Of a stretch of DNA of 64,000 bases, positions 12,316 through 24,700 are shown piece after piece. This DNA is from Chiloscyllium plagiosum. Lineage: Eukaryota. The notes under the pieces are model-generated. The model was not told where the DNA came from and ran no database searches. It saw only the letters and a list, made by a program, of their open reading frames with translations. The stretch spans positions 1,043,306 to 1,107,305 of the forward strand of contig NC_057755.1 in assembly GCF_004010195.1 (NCBI RefSeq), written 5' to 3'. The position numbers and the translations under genes are program-made. The first letter of the stretch is position 1. Every line of letters begins with the position of its first letter.

Positions 12316-12403
12316 CAGTGAGGCGATTAAATACTTAGACACACTCCTGAAGAACTGATTATCTAATCCCACACATCAAGGAGGTTGTGCTGCAACCATG
12401 AGA

Positions 12404-12576
12404 CAGTGAGGTCTGCAGATGCTGGAGATCAGAGTTGAGAGTTTATTGCTGGAAAAGTACAACAGGTCAGGCAGCATTCGTGGAGCAGGAAAATCGACGT
12501 TTCAAGCCAAAGTCGATTTTCCTGCTCCTTGCATGTTGCCTGACCTGCTTTGCTTTTCCAGCAATGCACTCTCAAC
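12404..12576. mobile_element. Fold-back Penelope-like terminal-repeat element (inverted arms 12434-12498 and 12512-12576)
   Basis: Family head gtgaggtctgcagatgctggagatcagag; ~65-bp imperfect inverted repeat; central hammerhead region collapsed. Confidence 0.75.
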
Positions 12577-12810
12577 AGTGCCCCGACAATATCCTTCTGG
12601 ATCCATTATGTGCTCTAGACCCTGATCAGACACCCACGTTCAGATGTAATTCCATAATATCCATCACAAATTTACTACTCTCACTCTGAGCCACAGCCTA
12701 CACAAAATAAATTCCCTCACCCCCTGCTAGACCTGAAACACTGAAACTAAATGAGACACTGGGTGGCTCACACATATGCGGTTTAGTGCACAGTTTTGGT
12801 CATCTCCGAG

Positions 12811-12968
12811 AAGAAAGTGAGTACTGCAAATGCTGGAGTTCAGAGTCGAGAGTGTGTTGCTGGAAAAACACAGCAGGTCATGTAGCATCTGAAGCAAGAG
12901 ATTCGATATTTCTGGCAAGAGCCCTTCATCAGGGCTTATTTCCTGCTCCTCGGATGCAGCCTGAACTT
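12811..12968 (-). mobile_element. Penelope-like terminal-repeat element with a degenerate hammerhead core
   Basis: Same family head; minus strand 12933-12904 reads CCTGATGA-AGGGC-TCTT-GCCA-GAAA-TATC; short inverted arm follows. Confidence 0.7.
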
Positions 12969-14399
12969 TTTGTCACCACCAAGCAGTGAGGACAGAATTG
13001 CTGTAAGGAGAGTACAGACGAGATTGACAACAATGGTGTTAGTATGTGGAAATTACTGCATCATTGAGGAAAGATGCCTAAGGTAGTGTCATGTTCCATG
13101 AATAGAGGTGCATGACATTTATCATGATTGGGATGCACAAAATCATCAGTCTGTGGATTGGGAACATATCTCCCCGAACGCAGAACCATTTACCAGGAAA
13201 CACAGAGTGAACAGAATTGATGGGAGGATTATGAAGGACATGAGGACTACCATTTTATTGAGAAGATGATGGTGCGACTGGAATTCACTGCCTAGTTTTA
13301 ATGGTGGCTTGAGGTGACAAACCTTAACTCATTTAAATGAAACTTTCAACGTCAGCTGAAATATTCAATGCTGTAGAACAGGTGCTGGAAAGTGGGATCA
13401 GCACAGGGAGTTAATTTATCAATTGAAGCAGACTTGAATGACCTGTTTCAGTGCATAACTTTCATACATTTCCATGGGATTGTAGAAAAACTGAGGAGTG
13501 CTAAAGTGAATTTGCTTGCGTGGTAGAGTGCGGTTAAATGGCCTGTTTCTATATTGTCCATTTCAAGCATTAGAACACTGTGGATTGTTAAAGTAGATTC
13601 CAGAGGGTGTGGCTACCTTCCAGTCGGTCGCTGTAGAAGTGTTTGTGGGTTCATACTTCTTCTAATGTAAATAGCAACTTTACATGGGGAGGAAGAATAT
13701 TAACTGAAGTTCGAACATAAGAATGTATTAATTCATTAGTTTAATATTCATTACGTTGTTTAGTTGTCTCATTAAAATGGAAAGTTCTTATAAAAGAAGT
13801 GTTATGAAATCCTGTATTGTCGATGAACTGCTGAGTACTCAGCTTATCAATTTAAACGTTAATTACCCCGACATGATTAGAACAGAATAGAGTGTCAGAG
13901 AGAACTGATTTTATCAGGCTATATTTTATTATATAATGATTTGGAGCTGCCACATTCTATACATGCAGTAGTGAACTGTCTGCTCGCATGTGCATTGTGT
14001 AGTTTATTCATAAAATATCAATAAGCACATTCCAAAACGATTTGATTCAGATAATGCAGGAAATGCAATATAAATTTCAAAGCTCCCCATTTGCATTTTG
14101 CATTATTTGCTGATTGAATGTACAAGCCAAATTAGAACATTTCCGAAACTTGACAAGGAATTGTTCACTTTCCAATACAAACTATGAGGGATTCCGTGTG
14201 TTAACAGATCTTCAGTTTATCGTCTCAAAGAAGAGTCAGATCGTGGTTTGCACCTTTGATAATGAAGCAAACCTTTTCAGCTCTGTTGTTATTGCCCGTC
14301 AAACAATCACATCTGCTCAAGTGCAACAACTCATGCTTTTGTAATAAAAATGACCAGACGATTCCAGGTAATCCCAAATAGAGAAAGGGAAAAGATTGT

Positions 14400-17300
14400 G
14401 GCTGTGAGAGCTAATCCTTGTTTAAGGTATTTCAGGTGTCGGTGCTGAAGTACACAAAATCATCGAATATAAATTATCGTTTTATGAGTTATTGCATTGC
14501 TTTGGAAATTTGGGGAAACGAAAGATCAAAGCAACATAACTTAAAAATGGAGGGACTTTTGTGGGAGTGTTCACAGCACAAGAGCAGTTAAGTGCATGGT
14601 TTGTAAGCGTAATCTGTTTTTGTGTACATTGTATGATGTTGAGTGAGTTGTTTATGATCTGTCACTTCATTAAAAAATACAAATATAAAGCACAAGCACG
14701 ATATCAACCTTGAGCTGTGTCTTTTGAACCAGTAAGACTATGGCATTTTCTGGCCTGTAGATAATCGAGGTGCACAAATCGCCTTCAGTACAGTGATGTA
14801 CTCTTCCTGTCGGATGTGGGAGATTTGGGAGACTTTCCATGTTACTGATGATTCTGTCTACAGTAAATATGTTTGGTTGTGATTTCTATCAGATTGCATG
14901 GATCGGTTGGAGCAGTAGTTGGAGGCAATGAGGAATTTTCAGGAGCTCGGGAGTCTGATGGATGGCAGCTACAGGAAGAGAGAACAAAAGCAGACACCAT
15001 CTAGTAGATGGGTTATCTTAAGGAAAGGCAGGAGAGAGTGCAGGAGTCTCTGGTGTCTATACCCATTTTAAACAGTTATGCTGTTTTGGAAAATGCCAGG
15101 GGTGATGGACTCTTAGGGAATACAGCACGAATAGCCAAGTTTTTGGGACCAAGACTGGCTCAAATGTAATGAGGATTATGTCAGTTTCCGAGCGATAAAT
15201 TGTGAAAGGGGATTCTCTCGTCAGTGGCACAGACAGACGTTTCTGCGGCCAAGAGTGCTTATTACCTCTTGGTGCCAGGATCAAGGATATCGTGAAGAGC
15301 GTGCAAAATATTCTTAATTGAAGTGGAACCATCAGGAGGTCATTGTGTGCATTGGAACTAAAAGCATAGAAAGGAAAAAGGATTAAATTGTGAAGGGAGA
15401 ATATAAGAAGTTAGATAGGAATTAAAAAGGAGGTCCTTGAGGGTCGTCATATCTGGATTAACCTTCTTGACAAGGGCTAGTGAGTTCAGGAATAGGAGGA
15501 TAAAGCAGATGAATGCGTGGCTGAGGAGCTGGTGCAGGGTAGATAGGTTCACATTTTTTGGATCATTGGAATATATTTGGGGGAAGAAGTGACCTGAATA
15601 ACGAGGAAAGGTTGCAGCTGAATTGGAACAAAACTCATTTACTGGAAGGGAAATTTGCTCGAGATGTTCAGGAATATTGAATCTAGTAAGGTTAGAGTCG
15701 GGGGTGCAGGGTTGGGGGGTGGGGGGTGGTATGCGTGGTGTGGTGTGGCCAGGGAGATAATGAGTAAAGAAATCAGTCTGAGACTGATACGGTTGTGAAA
15801 AGGAGTTTTTCCAATCATCAGGGCAGGCAGGTTCAAAGCAGAGAATGAGCCAGGACTGACAAACTAATTTATATTTATTTCTGCACAAGATGCCCAACAG
15901 GGAAGGCAGGTGATCTGAGGGCATCGTTACAAACATGGGACTGTGATGTCATTGCAATAACACAATTGTGGTTCAGTGATAGACAGACTGGTAGCTTAAA
16001 GTTGCAGGACAGAAATGCTGTAGGAAATAAATACCGAGGCAGGCATCCTTGCAAGAGGATTCGCAGTAGGGGACAAGCGAAGACGGGAGTCCAGAAAGTG
16101 TATGTTCCTGTTGATTTAAAAGGTGAGTCTGGGAGGTCTAGGTTTTGGTTAAGAAAAAGAAGGAAGCATTCGTCAGGTATAAACAGCAGAGGTCGAGCCA
16201 ATCCTGAGGAGAGTATAAAGGCAGTAGGAGTATGCTTAAGAGGGAAGTCAAGAGGACATATGGCCGCTTTGGCAAAAAAGGATTATGGAGAATCCAAGGG
16301 GATTTCATAAATGCATCAGGATGAAAGGGTACCTGAGGAGAGAAAAAGACCCCTCAAAGATCAGCATGGCAGCCTGGGTGTGGAGCTGCTGAAGATTGCG
16401 GAGGTACTAATCAAGTATTGTATATTATTGTTCACTGTGGAGAAAGACCTGGAATATATGGAATGTGGGGAAATATATGGCACTATCTTGAAAAATATCC
16501 ATATTGCAGAGCAGGATGTGCTGGCTGTCAAATAATACCTCAAATTTGATAAACCTCCAGGATCTAATCTGTGGGAATCTAGGGATGTGATTGCTGCACT
16601 CTTGTTGAGATACTTGGATAACCAATCATCACAGGTGAGGTATCGGAAGACGGGATTTTGTCTCATGTGTGCCGCTGTTTAAGAAAGATTGTAAGGAAAA
16701 TTCAGCGAACTATAGACTGGTGAGCCTGACATTGGTGGTGGGCGAGGTGGTGTAGGGAGATCCTGATAGACAGGCTTGACATGTACCCTGTATTTGGACA
16801 GGCAAAGACTAATTAGTGTTTGTCCACATGGCTTTGCATGTGGGAAATCATGAGCTTTTTAAAGAAGTCACGAAGAGGATTGATGAGGGCAGAATGGTGG
16901 ATGTGATCTATGTGGACTTCAGCAAGGAGTTTGATATGGATTATCATGGTCAACTGTTAGCAAGGTTATACCAAATGCAATTGAGGGAGAACTAGCTATT
17001 CGGATACAAAACTCGCTCGAAAGTAAAAGACAGAGTGTGGTTAGAGTGGGTTGCTTTTCAGACTGGAGGCCTGTGACTAGTGGGGTCCCACAAGGATGGA
17101 TGCTTATTCGGTGCTTTGTCTCGTTTATGTAAATGACATCGTTGTAAATATGGGAGGTATGGTTACTAAGTTTGCAAATGTCACTAAAATTGGAAGTGTG
17201 GTAGACAGCGAAGAAAGTTGCCTCAGTGTACAACGAGATATTGAACAGATAGGTCAAAGGGGCGAGGAGGTGCAGGTGGAGTTTAATTTCGATAAATGGG

Positions 17301-18062
17301 AGATGCAGCATTTTGGAATGGCAAACCTGTACACATAATGGCAAGATCCTGGGGAGTGTTGCTGAACAAAGAGACCTTGAAGTGCAGTTTCATAGTTCCT
17401 TGAAAGTGGAGTCAATGGTAGATCGGATAGTGAAGAAAGTGTTTGTTATGTGCTCCATTATTTTTCAGAGCATGGATTGTACGAGTTGTGAGGTCATGTT
17501 GCGGTCAGACAGGACATTGGTTAGTCCACCTTTGGAAAAAGTGTTTGTAATTCTGGTCGCCCTCCTGTCAGAAGGATGGTGTGAAACATGAAGGGGTTCA
17601 TAAGAAATTTAGAAAGATGTTGCCAGATTGGGACGGTTTGAGCGACAGAGGAAGTCTGAATAGGCTGGGTCTGTTTTTAATGGAGCGTTGGAGGCTGAGT
17701 GGTGATCTTATAGAACTTTGTAAAATCATGAGTGGTATGGAAAGGATAAATAGACAAACAATTTTACTCTGGGGTGGGAGGGTCCAAAGGTAGAGAGCAT
17801 AAGTTCAGGGTCACAGGATGTTAAAGGTACAGAATGGAAAATCTTTCTCATGCAACGGGCGGAGCATGTATAGAATGAACTGCCAGAGAAAGTGGTGGAG
17901 ACTGGAACAATTGCAACATTTCAAAATTAAACAGATGGGTAAATTATGAGAAAGGTTTAGAGGCATATGGGGGCAAATGGGATGATATTATTATAGAATA
18001 TCTGGTCAACCATGACGATTTGGACCAATGGGTCTGTTTCCTTGCTCTACACTTCTTTGACA
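14400..18062 (+). mobile_element. Near full-length old CR1 LINE in intron 1 of GPCR copy B (5'UTR, ORF1 with GDSL/SGNH esterase remnants, decayed ORF2)
   Basis: ORF1 remnants SSCRMWE (about 14800), KGDSLVSGTDRRFCG (15205-15250), GARIKD and VIVCIG; ORF2 RT remnants 16650-17900; CR1 3' end about 18020-18060; 5' boundary approximate. Confidence 0.85.
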
Positions 18063-18761
18063 CGATCTCCGTCTAGCATGCTAACAGCAGTTAAACAAAT
18101 ATTTCATCGTAAATGAATACCAACAATATGAATCTCAATTCCATTGTGGAAATCAATCCCCGTCATTTGTTTTCAATGATAGGTCCTTGTGCAAGGAGTA
18201 AACCGAGTTGATGTTTTGAATTCCTTGAGAAATATTCAGAGGAAGATGTTACAATGTAGAAAAATTGTATTAATTCTAATTCTCTCTCCATAGCTACCAC
18301 ACCTGTTGCGTTTCACCAGCTACATCTGTTTTATTTTCATATTTCTGGTATCCATAGTTCTTTTATTTATTTTATTAAAAAATTTCACTTCTCAGAAGTA
18401 ATTCTTAGAATTGTGGAATCTGACTGTACCAAAGAGGTCTGTTAGTCCATCAAGTCTGTGCTATCAATGCTGGACTATATATGGTCTCGTCCCAGATGAC
18501 TGTCAAAGTTTGAAACGTTTCCAACATCTGAAACCCTCCCAAGCACTGAATTATTAGAACCCGCACCATTACCTGGGTGAAAGTCTTTTTCACAAATGTC
18601 CTCCAATCTGTCTATGAGTCACCTTAAATATTATGCCCTTTTGCCACCTGCCAATTCCTTGTTCAACTTAGATTTGAAGATATTCTATTGCTCTCTTGGC
18701 AGACATGGACAATGATTGATCAGTGACTTCCGATTTGTATTTTAAATTCTGTCTCTTTCAG

Positions 18762-19636
18762 TTAATTTCCTGCTGATTTTGGTTCTCTCACGGGGAAAGT
18801 GTGGCCTCTCTAACTGCACAACCCGCTGCCTATTGGCTATGGCAATGTCGGATCTACTGTTCATTCTCACGAAGGTCATGCTATGGCATTGGAAAGAACT
18901 TTACTGCCAAGGCTGTTTCCTCACCATCACCCCTGTGTGCAGAACTGTCTTTTTCCTGATGCGTGTTGCCACAGACTGTTCTGTCTGGTTCACTCTTCTT
19001 TTCTCCTTTGATCGTTATGTGGCCATTTGCTGCCTGAAACTGAAGAGAAAATATTGGGTAGAAAAAGCCCAGGCTGTGGCTCTGGCTGCAACCAGCATTC
19101 TGGTCTGTTCAAAAAACATTCCCTTCTATTTTCGGAATAAACCTGCGTCAATAGTTGACAATGTTCCGAGGTATTGCCAGATAAAGTCAAGTTATTTTAC
19201 TGATCCCAGGTGGCTGGGCTTTAAGTGGTTTGATATAGTTTTCACCCCTTTCATCCCATTCGTGTTAATTCTGTTGATGAACATTCTGATGGTCAGGTAC
19301 ATTTTAATGGCTATTCGAGTCCGGAAGAGACTGAGGGGTCAGACGAAGGGAGAGAGTCACAAAGACACAGATATGGAGAACCGGAGGAATTCGGTGATTT
19401 CCCTCCTCGCCATATCCATCAGCCTCATACTTCTCTGGGTAGTGTACGGTGCCAACATCCTCTACTTTCGTATTAAAGCAGCACATCGTTGGTGGAACTG
19501 GCGTCTGATCAATTTCACGTGGGTCGGAGAATTGCTGAAGGATTTAAGCTGCAGCACGAACACATTATTTTATGCAGCGACTCTGCCCAAGTTCAGAGAC
19601 AAGTTCAGGAATGCGGTGCAGCAATTGGTCACATAA
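18762..19636 (+). CDS. GPR139/GPR142-like class A orphan GPCR copy B, coding exon 2 (313 aa with exon 1)
   Basis: Pyrimidine tract and acceptor tctgtctctttcag at 18761; uninterrupted frame NFLLILVLSRGKCGLS, TM2 LAMAMSDLL, TM3 FSFDRYVAICC, TM5 PFVLILLMNIL, TM6 RRNSVISLLAISISLILLW, TM7 SCSTNTLFYAATLPKFR; TAA at 19634-19636. Family-level call, not an orthology claim. Confidence 0.9.
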
Positions 19637-19874
19637 ATTCTTCACTTACAATGGAAAGATGATGGAAAAAGGCTGGAGGAATGATTCTAAATGATTGACT
19701 GGCTGTGAGTGATGTGTTCCGCTGGAACATTGGGTCTTCGCAGACTACCCTTTGGATGAGTGTTAAAGGCTGGCAAGAGGGGTCTCTGCTTTTCTCCTGC
19801 AGGGGAGGAGGGGTGGGACAGAAACAGCCGTTCCAGCACCATGACAATTGCCAGACTCTCTCTGTTCAGCTCGC

Positions 19875-19880
19875 AATAAA
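19875..19880 (+). terminator. Candidate polyadenylation signal of GPCR copy B
   Basis: AATAAA about 240 nt after the stop; also present in A (5626-5631) and D (54875-54880); reads AATAAT in C. Confidence 0.5.
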
Positions 19881-19999
19881 CATTTTATAACAGCAAGGAA
19901 AGGCTCCAGGTGTTGGTGATTCCCCTCATCTGAATTGGCTATTGGAGATTGAGAGAGGTTTGTGAGTCCACCTCCTGTCAACATCCTTCACAAGGATAT

Positions 20000-21350
20000 T
20001 GCTTTCTCTCTCTCTGCCTCGTTCCGTCTTTCTTTGTTCCTCTCCTCCTCTATCGTACTGTGCCTAATCTCTCAGCTTCTTGTTCAGCTTCTCGCTGTCT
20101 CTCTGTTTCTCTCACTCTTCGTGACCCTCCCTGTCTGTATCTTTTTCTCTCTCTCTCTCTGCCTGTTTTTCTGGCTGGCTGTCTGTCACCCTCTCTGCCT
20201 ATCCTTCTTTGTCTCTCTATCCCTCTCACTCTCTGTCTCTCCTTCGCGCTCTCTGTGTATTTTTTTCACATTGACCACGTCAGTCACAGATACAGCCAGA
20301 AATCCTTTGGCACATTACTGTTAGTAAGTCTGCTGAACTTTGATCATTTCCATTTCCTCTCCCTGTGGCTGTGAGGGAGGTGTGTTCATGTGTCTTCCGT
20401 TCAGTTTGTGAGGGTCTCTGTGTGTCTCTGTGTTGGGGAGGGGACCTCATTGCATTTATGGGGATCTCAGACTGTGTGTGTGTCTTTCGGTTTTTGTCGT
20501 CCCTGAGTGTGACACATTATGACTGTGTTTACGCATCTGAGAGTGGGTTTCCCTTTGTGCGTATTGGGAAGTATTTCTGTGATTTCGCATTCATGTCTTT
20601 ATGTGTTTGGGAATCTTATTCAGGCTGTATGAGAGTGTTTCCCTGAAGGTGAGTGTTTTATGTGGCTGTATTTAACTGCCTGTGTTTGAATGTGTGCATG
20701 TGTATGTTTCAGAAGTTTCTATAAGTTTTTGAAGGCTGGTGTCGGATGTCTCTTACTCTGAGTTCGTTTGTCGATGTGTGTAGGGGTGTGGCTGTGATTC
20801 TGTGTCTGTGTGGGGATGTGTTCCTATATCTAAGTATGAATGCATTTCTGTGAGTACGGGTATGTGTGCATTAGGTATGCACATGGGTGTGTTCCTTCTT
20901 CTGTCAGTCTGTCTGTACTTGTTATGGGCGTCTGTGTGTGTGTGTGTGTGGATTTGTTCCTTTCTCTCAGTATGACTGTATTTCGGTGTCTGTGGATGTG
21001 TGTGCATTCTGTCCGTACATAGGCGTGTTCCTTTGTGGTACATCATGTCTGTTTTTTTTCTGGCTGTCTGTGAGCACATGCACGTATGTGAGGGGTGTAC
21101 CTCCTTCTGTATTCCTGCGTGTGTTGTGAGGGTGTGAAATTTTATTGAATCTTCGTATAGGTGTGTTCTCACATTTCAATTTGACTGTGTTATTTTGCGA
21201 ATATTCATGTGTTTTTGTTTATCAATATGTTCCTATATCTCACTTTGACTGTATTTCTTTGTGTGGGTGTGTTTTTGTGTGCATGTGTGTGTGATGGTGT
21301 GGGTGTGTTTTTGTGTCCTTCTGGGTGTGGTTTTGCCACTGCCTGATCGT
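20000..21350. repeat. CT-rich then GT-rich low-complexity region
   Basis: Degenerate (CT)n at about 20000-20270 and degenerate (GT)n at about 20370-21350. Confidence 0.9.
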
Positions 21351-22609
21351 GAGACTGCCTCTCCTGAAAAAGGACCAGTGACCCCCTACATCACGTCATG
21401 GTGCACAGATTGCTCTCAATGGCCTATTTGTGGCAACCTGGGAAATATCTAAATATCAGTATCGGTACCTCCTGCACCCTAAGAGCTGAACTGTTGGTTC
21501 AGTTCCAGTACCTAAGTTTAATGAACGAATCAAGACGAAGAAAAAAACAGTGAAAGGCAGGATGCCCGTTCATTTGTCCACGTTTGAACCAAGGATGCAA
21601 TTTACAAATATTGTTTTCTTGTTGAAGGTGGTTGCGTTACTCTATAAATAATGTTACATATTGGATCATTAAGCCCATCGAGTCAGCTCTGTCATTTCAT
21701 CATGGAGGATATGTTTTTCCATTCTGCTCTTCTGCCTTCTCCCCAAAACTTTTGATTCTCTTCACAATCTGGAACACATATATCTCTATTTTTATACACT
21801 TGTTAAGGACCAGATTGGACCCTCTTAAAACATGTCAGAATGGTAGCCCAGACCCTAACTTTTCTACTTGCTTTGAACAAGTGTAGAGTGGATATTCCAT
21901 GAGTGACGGAGCTGATCAGCATTCCTCGGTTTTAAATAAAACGGGATTTATTTACAGATTACTGAATAGAACACAAACAATGGAGAACATAAAAAGAACA
22001 CATTAACCTAACTGAAAACCCAACAGATGATGCCAAATTAATGATATCTCCAAATTCCTGCAATAATCCTGTTCAGCGCCACATGTCAAAACGGGTCAAA
22101 TCAAACACAGGATCTTACAGGAGAGATGTCAGGGAGAGACTCAGCATGAAACAACTTCTTCCCTGTAGCTGTTTCTTTGACCATCAACCCAAAACAAAAA
22201 AAAAACTGACTGCTTGCTAACACCCAAACCAAACCAAACTAAATCAAATCAGAGGAAAGCTGAGCTGGAACAATTTGTCACTCCACTTCCATTGTATTTT
22301 CTGACTCGAAGAAGCGTTTTGCTGAGGCAGTGTCTGTTAGGTATCATGAAATTGGCCAGACAACACGTCCAAACTAGAAACCCCGGAACTGCTGCATTTG
22401 CAAACACTGTAAGAGCAAAAACAACAAGGATAACATAACCTTGTTAGAGGAACAGCACCATCATCACATCCAATATCCGGATCTCCACAGCCATCAGCAG
22501 CAATGATTCCCATGAATTAACCATCCTTTGGCTGAAGACATTTATCCTCAACTCACTTCCGAAGGTGGTCACTTCACTCTGAGGCTGTGCCCTCAGGTCT
22601 CCTATATGT

Positions 22610-23405
22610 CAAAAGAGCTTACAAGCAGAAGCTGAAGTGGGAGGACACGTCACCGAAGGCAGGCCAACGTTGATCTGAGGCTGTGAATGACAGTCTCTGG
22701 GACTGTTTGGAATTGGTGGACTGGACCGTGTTCAATTAATCAGCAGTAACCCTGCCTGAGTAACCACCACCGTCACGGACATCTTTAAAAAATGTATGGA
22801 AAACTGTATTGAAGTCGTCAATCCGAGAGTTCCCCAAGCATAGACCATCGGTGAACTACGTTATCCACTCTAAACTGAATACGAGACGAGCAATATTCAT
22901 GTGGGAAGAGCCAGACCTGTGCAGGGAATTCAGATCTAATCTCCACAGGGCCATAGCGAACGCTGATAGAGTAGTAGACCACATGAGAGGTCCGTACCTA
23001 TCAAACAGATTCCTGCCACCTATGGCAAGGACTAAATAATATTACAAGATGCAAAATGAAGCACAGCAAGATAGCAGACAAAGACAGTTCGCTCCCTGAG
23101 GCGTTCAATGCTTTCTCTGCTCGGGTTGAGCAGATACCAGTGGCACACTGACGCATTGCCCAACAGCCCCAGACATATCTGTTGCCTCGTTCGCTACTGC
23201 ACATGTCAGAGTGGTCTTCCTTAGGGTCAACCCAAGGAAAGCAACAGGCCTGGATGGATTCCCTGGCCGTACCCTTTTATCCTGTAGGGACCAACTGGCG
23301 GAGGTATTCACTAATATCTTCAATCTCTCCATCCAACAAGGTGAAGACCCCATCTTCTTCAAGAAGACAACCACCATCCCCATACCCAAGAAAGCACATG
23401 TGATG
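22610..23405 (+). mobile_element. Rex1/Babar-clade LINE fragment
   Basis: VNPRKATGLDGFPGRTLLSCRDQLAEVFTNIFNLS...FKKTTTIPIPKK fits the Rex1-type pre-RT region; paralog at 58315-59100. Confidence 0.8.
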
Positions 23406-23789
23406 TGTCAACTGGTCTTCCCACCTATTTTTGTGTTATCTGCGAATTTGGCAAAAGGACATTTACTTTCTTTCTGCAAGTCATTCATATATGCATTATT
23501 TCATATTTTAGGTGTATAATATATATTATGAATTGGTAAGTGTTGGAGCTGTTTGTGTTGCACAAATATTTTTTTGCATCAGAGCTGATTGTGTTTTCGT
23601 TATTTGTATTATTTTAATAAAAAGTGCTTCGAGCTTTGAACTGGAAACTGTTTGCTGAGAATAACGTGTGGCCTTTGAGACACCTTGTGATTAAAGAAAC
23701 AGACCAAACAACCTTTCTTTCTTTGTGAAGCCAGGCCTTGGGGATAATTGTCAGATGAATCTGGATTAAACGGGGCGCCCACGGGGAGA

Positions 23790-24455
23790 ATCGCCCTGAG
23801 GATGAGCAAATACTTTTATGCCAGTCTCAATGACACAATGTGCACAGACAGTGCGACCTCCCAGTTGTTCCTCTCTTCTATCATGGAGGTATGAGACGAC
23901 AGCAGATGGGAGAGGCTGTGTCAGCATTTGCCTCTGGAACAGCTGCCCAAGGCCGACAGACCCTTAGAAAAGAGTGCAATTTTCAGAAGTGATGGGTTAC
24001 ATCTGAGTTGTTTTCATCTCTGTGGAACTTGATTGGCCTGGACCTGCTGGAAGTAGACAATATTATGCTTCGATAATGTAGCCGTTGTGAATCCTACAGG
24101 AAAGTTACCATCCCTCTCATTTAAAATTAGAAGCAAGACAGGGAGGGACTGAAGACCGGTCTCACTGCTAAATGTATTTTACAGAATCCTGCCTGTGATT
24201 ATTTCCAACTAGTTCAGGTCTGCTCTGGGGTCAATGTTTCACCCCAACAAAATTTGTTCTGTACATTGCAGGATGATCTCTGAGAGCCTCATGCTCCTCA
24301 GTGATGTAATTGTGTACATGTGGAATAGTGAGTTGAGAAACCTGTCTTATCAGCATGAACCAGAAGGCCTTTGAAAGGAAATTGCACACCAACACCTGGG
24401 GCATGATCTCCAAAATTGGCTTTGGGGACGAGACCTGCACTGATCTGCACCAATA
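23790..24455 (+). mobile_element. Tx1/L1-clade LINE fragment, decayed
   Basis: Paralog of 59490-60165, which translates SDGLPAELFPSLWHLIGWDLLEV...RKGIIPLIY. Confidence 0.7.
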
Positions 24456-24479
24456 GCATTTCCTATACACTGGTAATGA

Positions 24480-24700
24480 TTGTCATCAGATCGGGCAGCT
24501 GGACCATAGTGGATTTGAAATCCCTGACTGGAGCTGTTAATCTCTGCCAGTCAGTGAGACCTGGCTGATTCTAAAGGATGGAGAACGGCGATACTGAGAT
24601 GTTGAAAACCTATCTCAGTGAGAGGCTTCTGCCAAAGGCTCTGCATTTGTAAATAAATGCTGATTAATGGCCGTATGCCATACTCTGAAGTGTTGGTGCC
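24480..24700 (+). mobile_element. Probable degenerate solo LTR
   Basis: Starts TGTCAT; contains ccctgactggagctgttaa...ccagtcagtgagacctggctga and tgtaaataaa; homologous to 62066-62280 and 9265-9428. Confidence 0.5.

Noticed and set aside
18779..18781. TTG start of the GPCR as given in the ORF track
   Set aside because: Eukaryotic locus; the frame is open back to the splice acceptor at 18761 and a matching exon 1 exists
19949..21452. Hydrophobic, Cys/Val- or His/Thr-rich ORFs (also 6116-6529, 39218-39755 and 54967-56903)
   Set aside because: Translations of (CT)n and (GT)n low-complexity DNA
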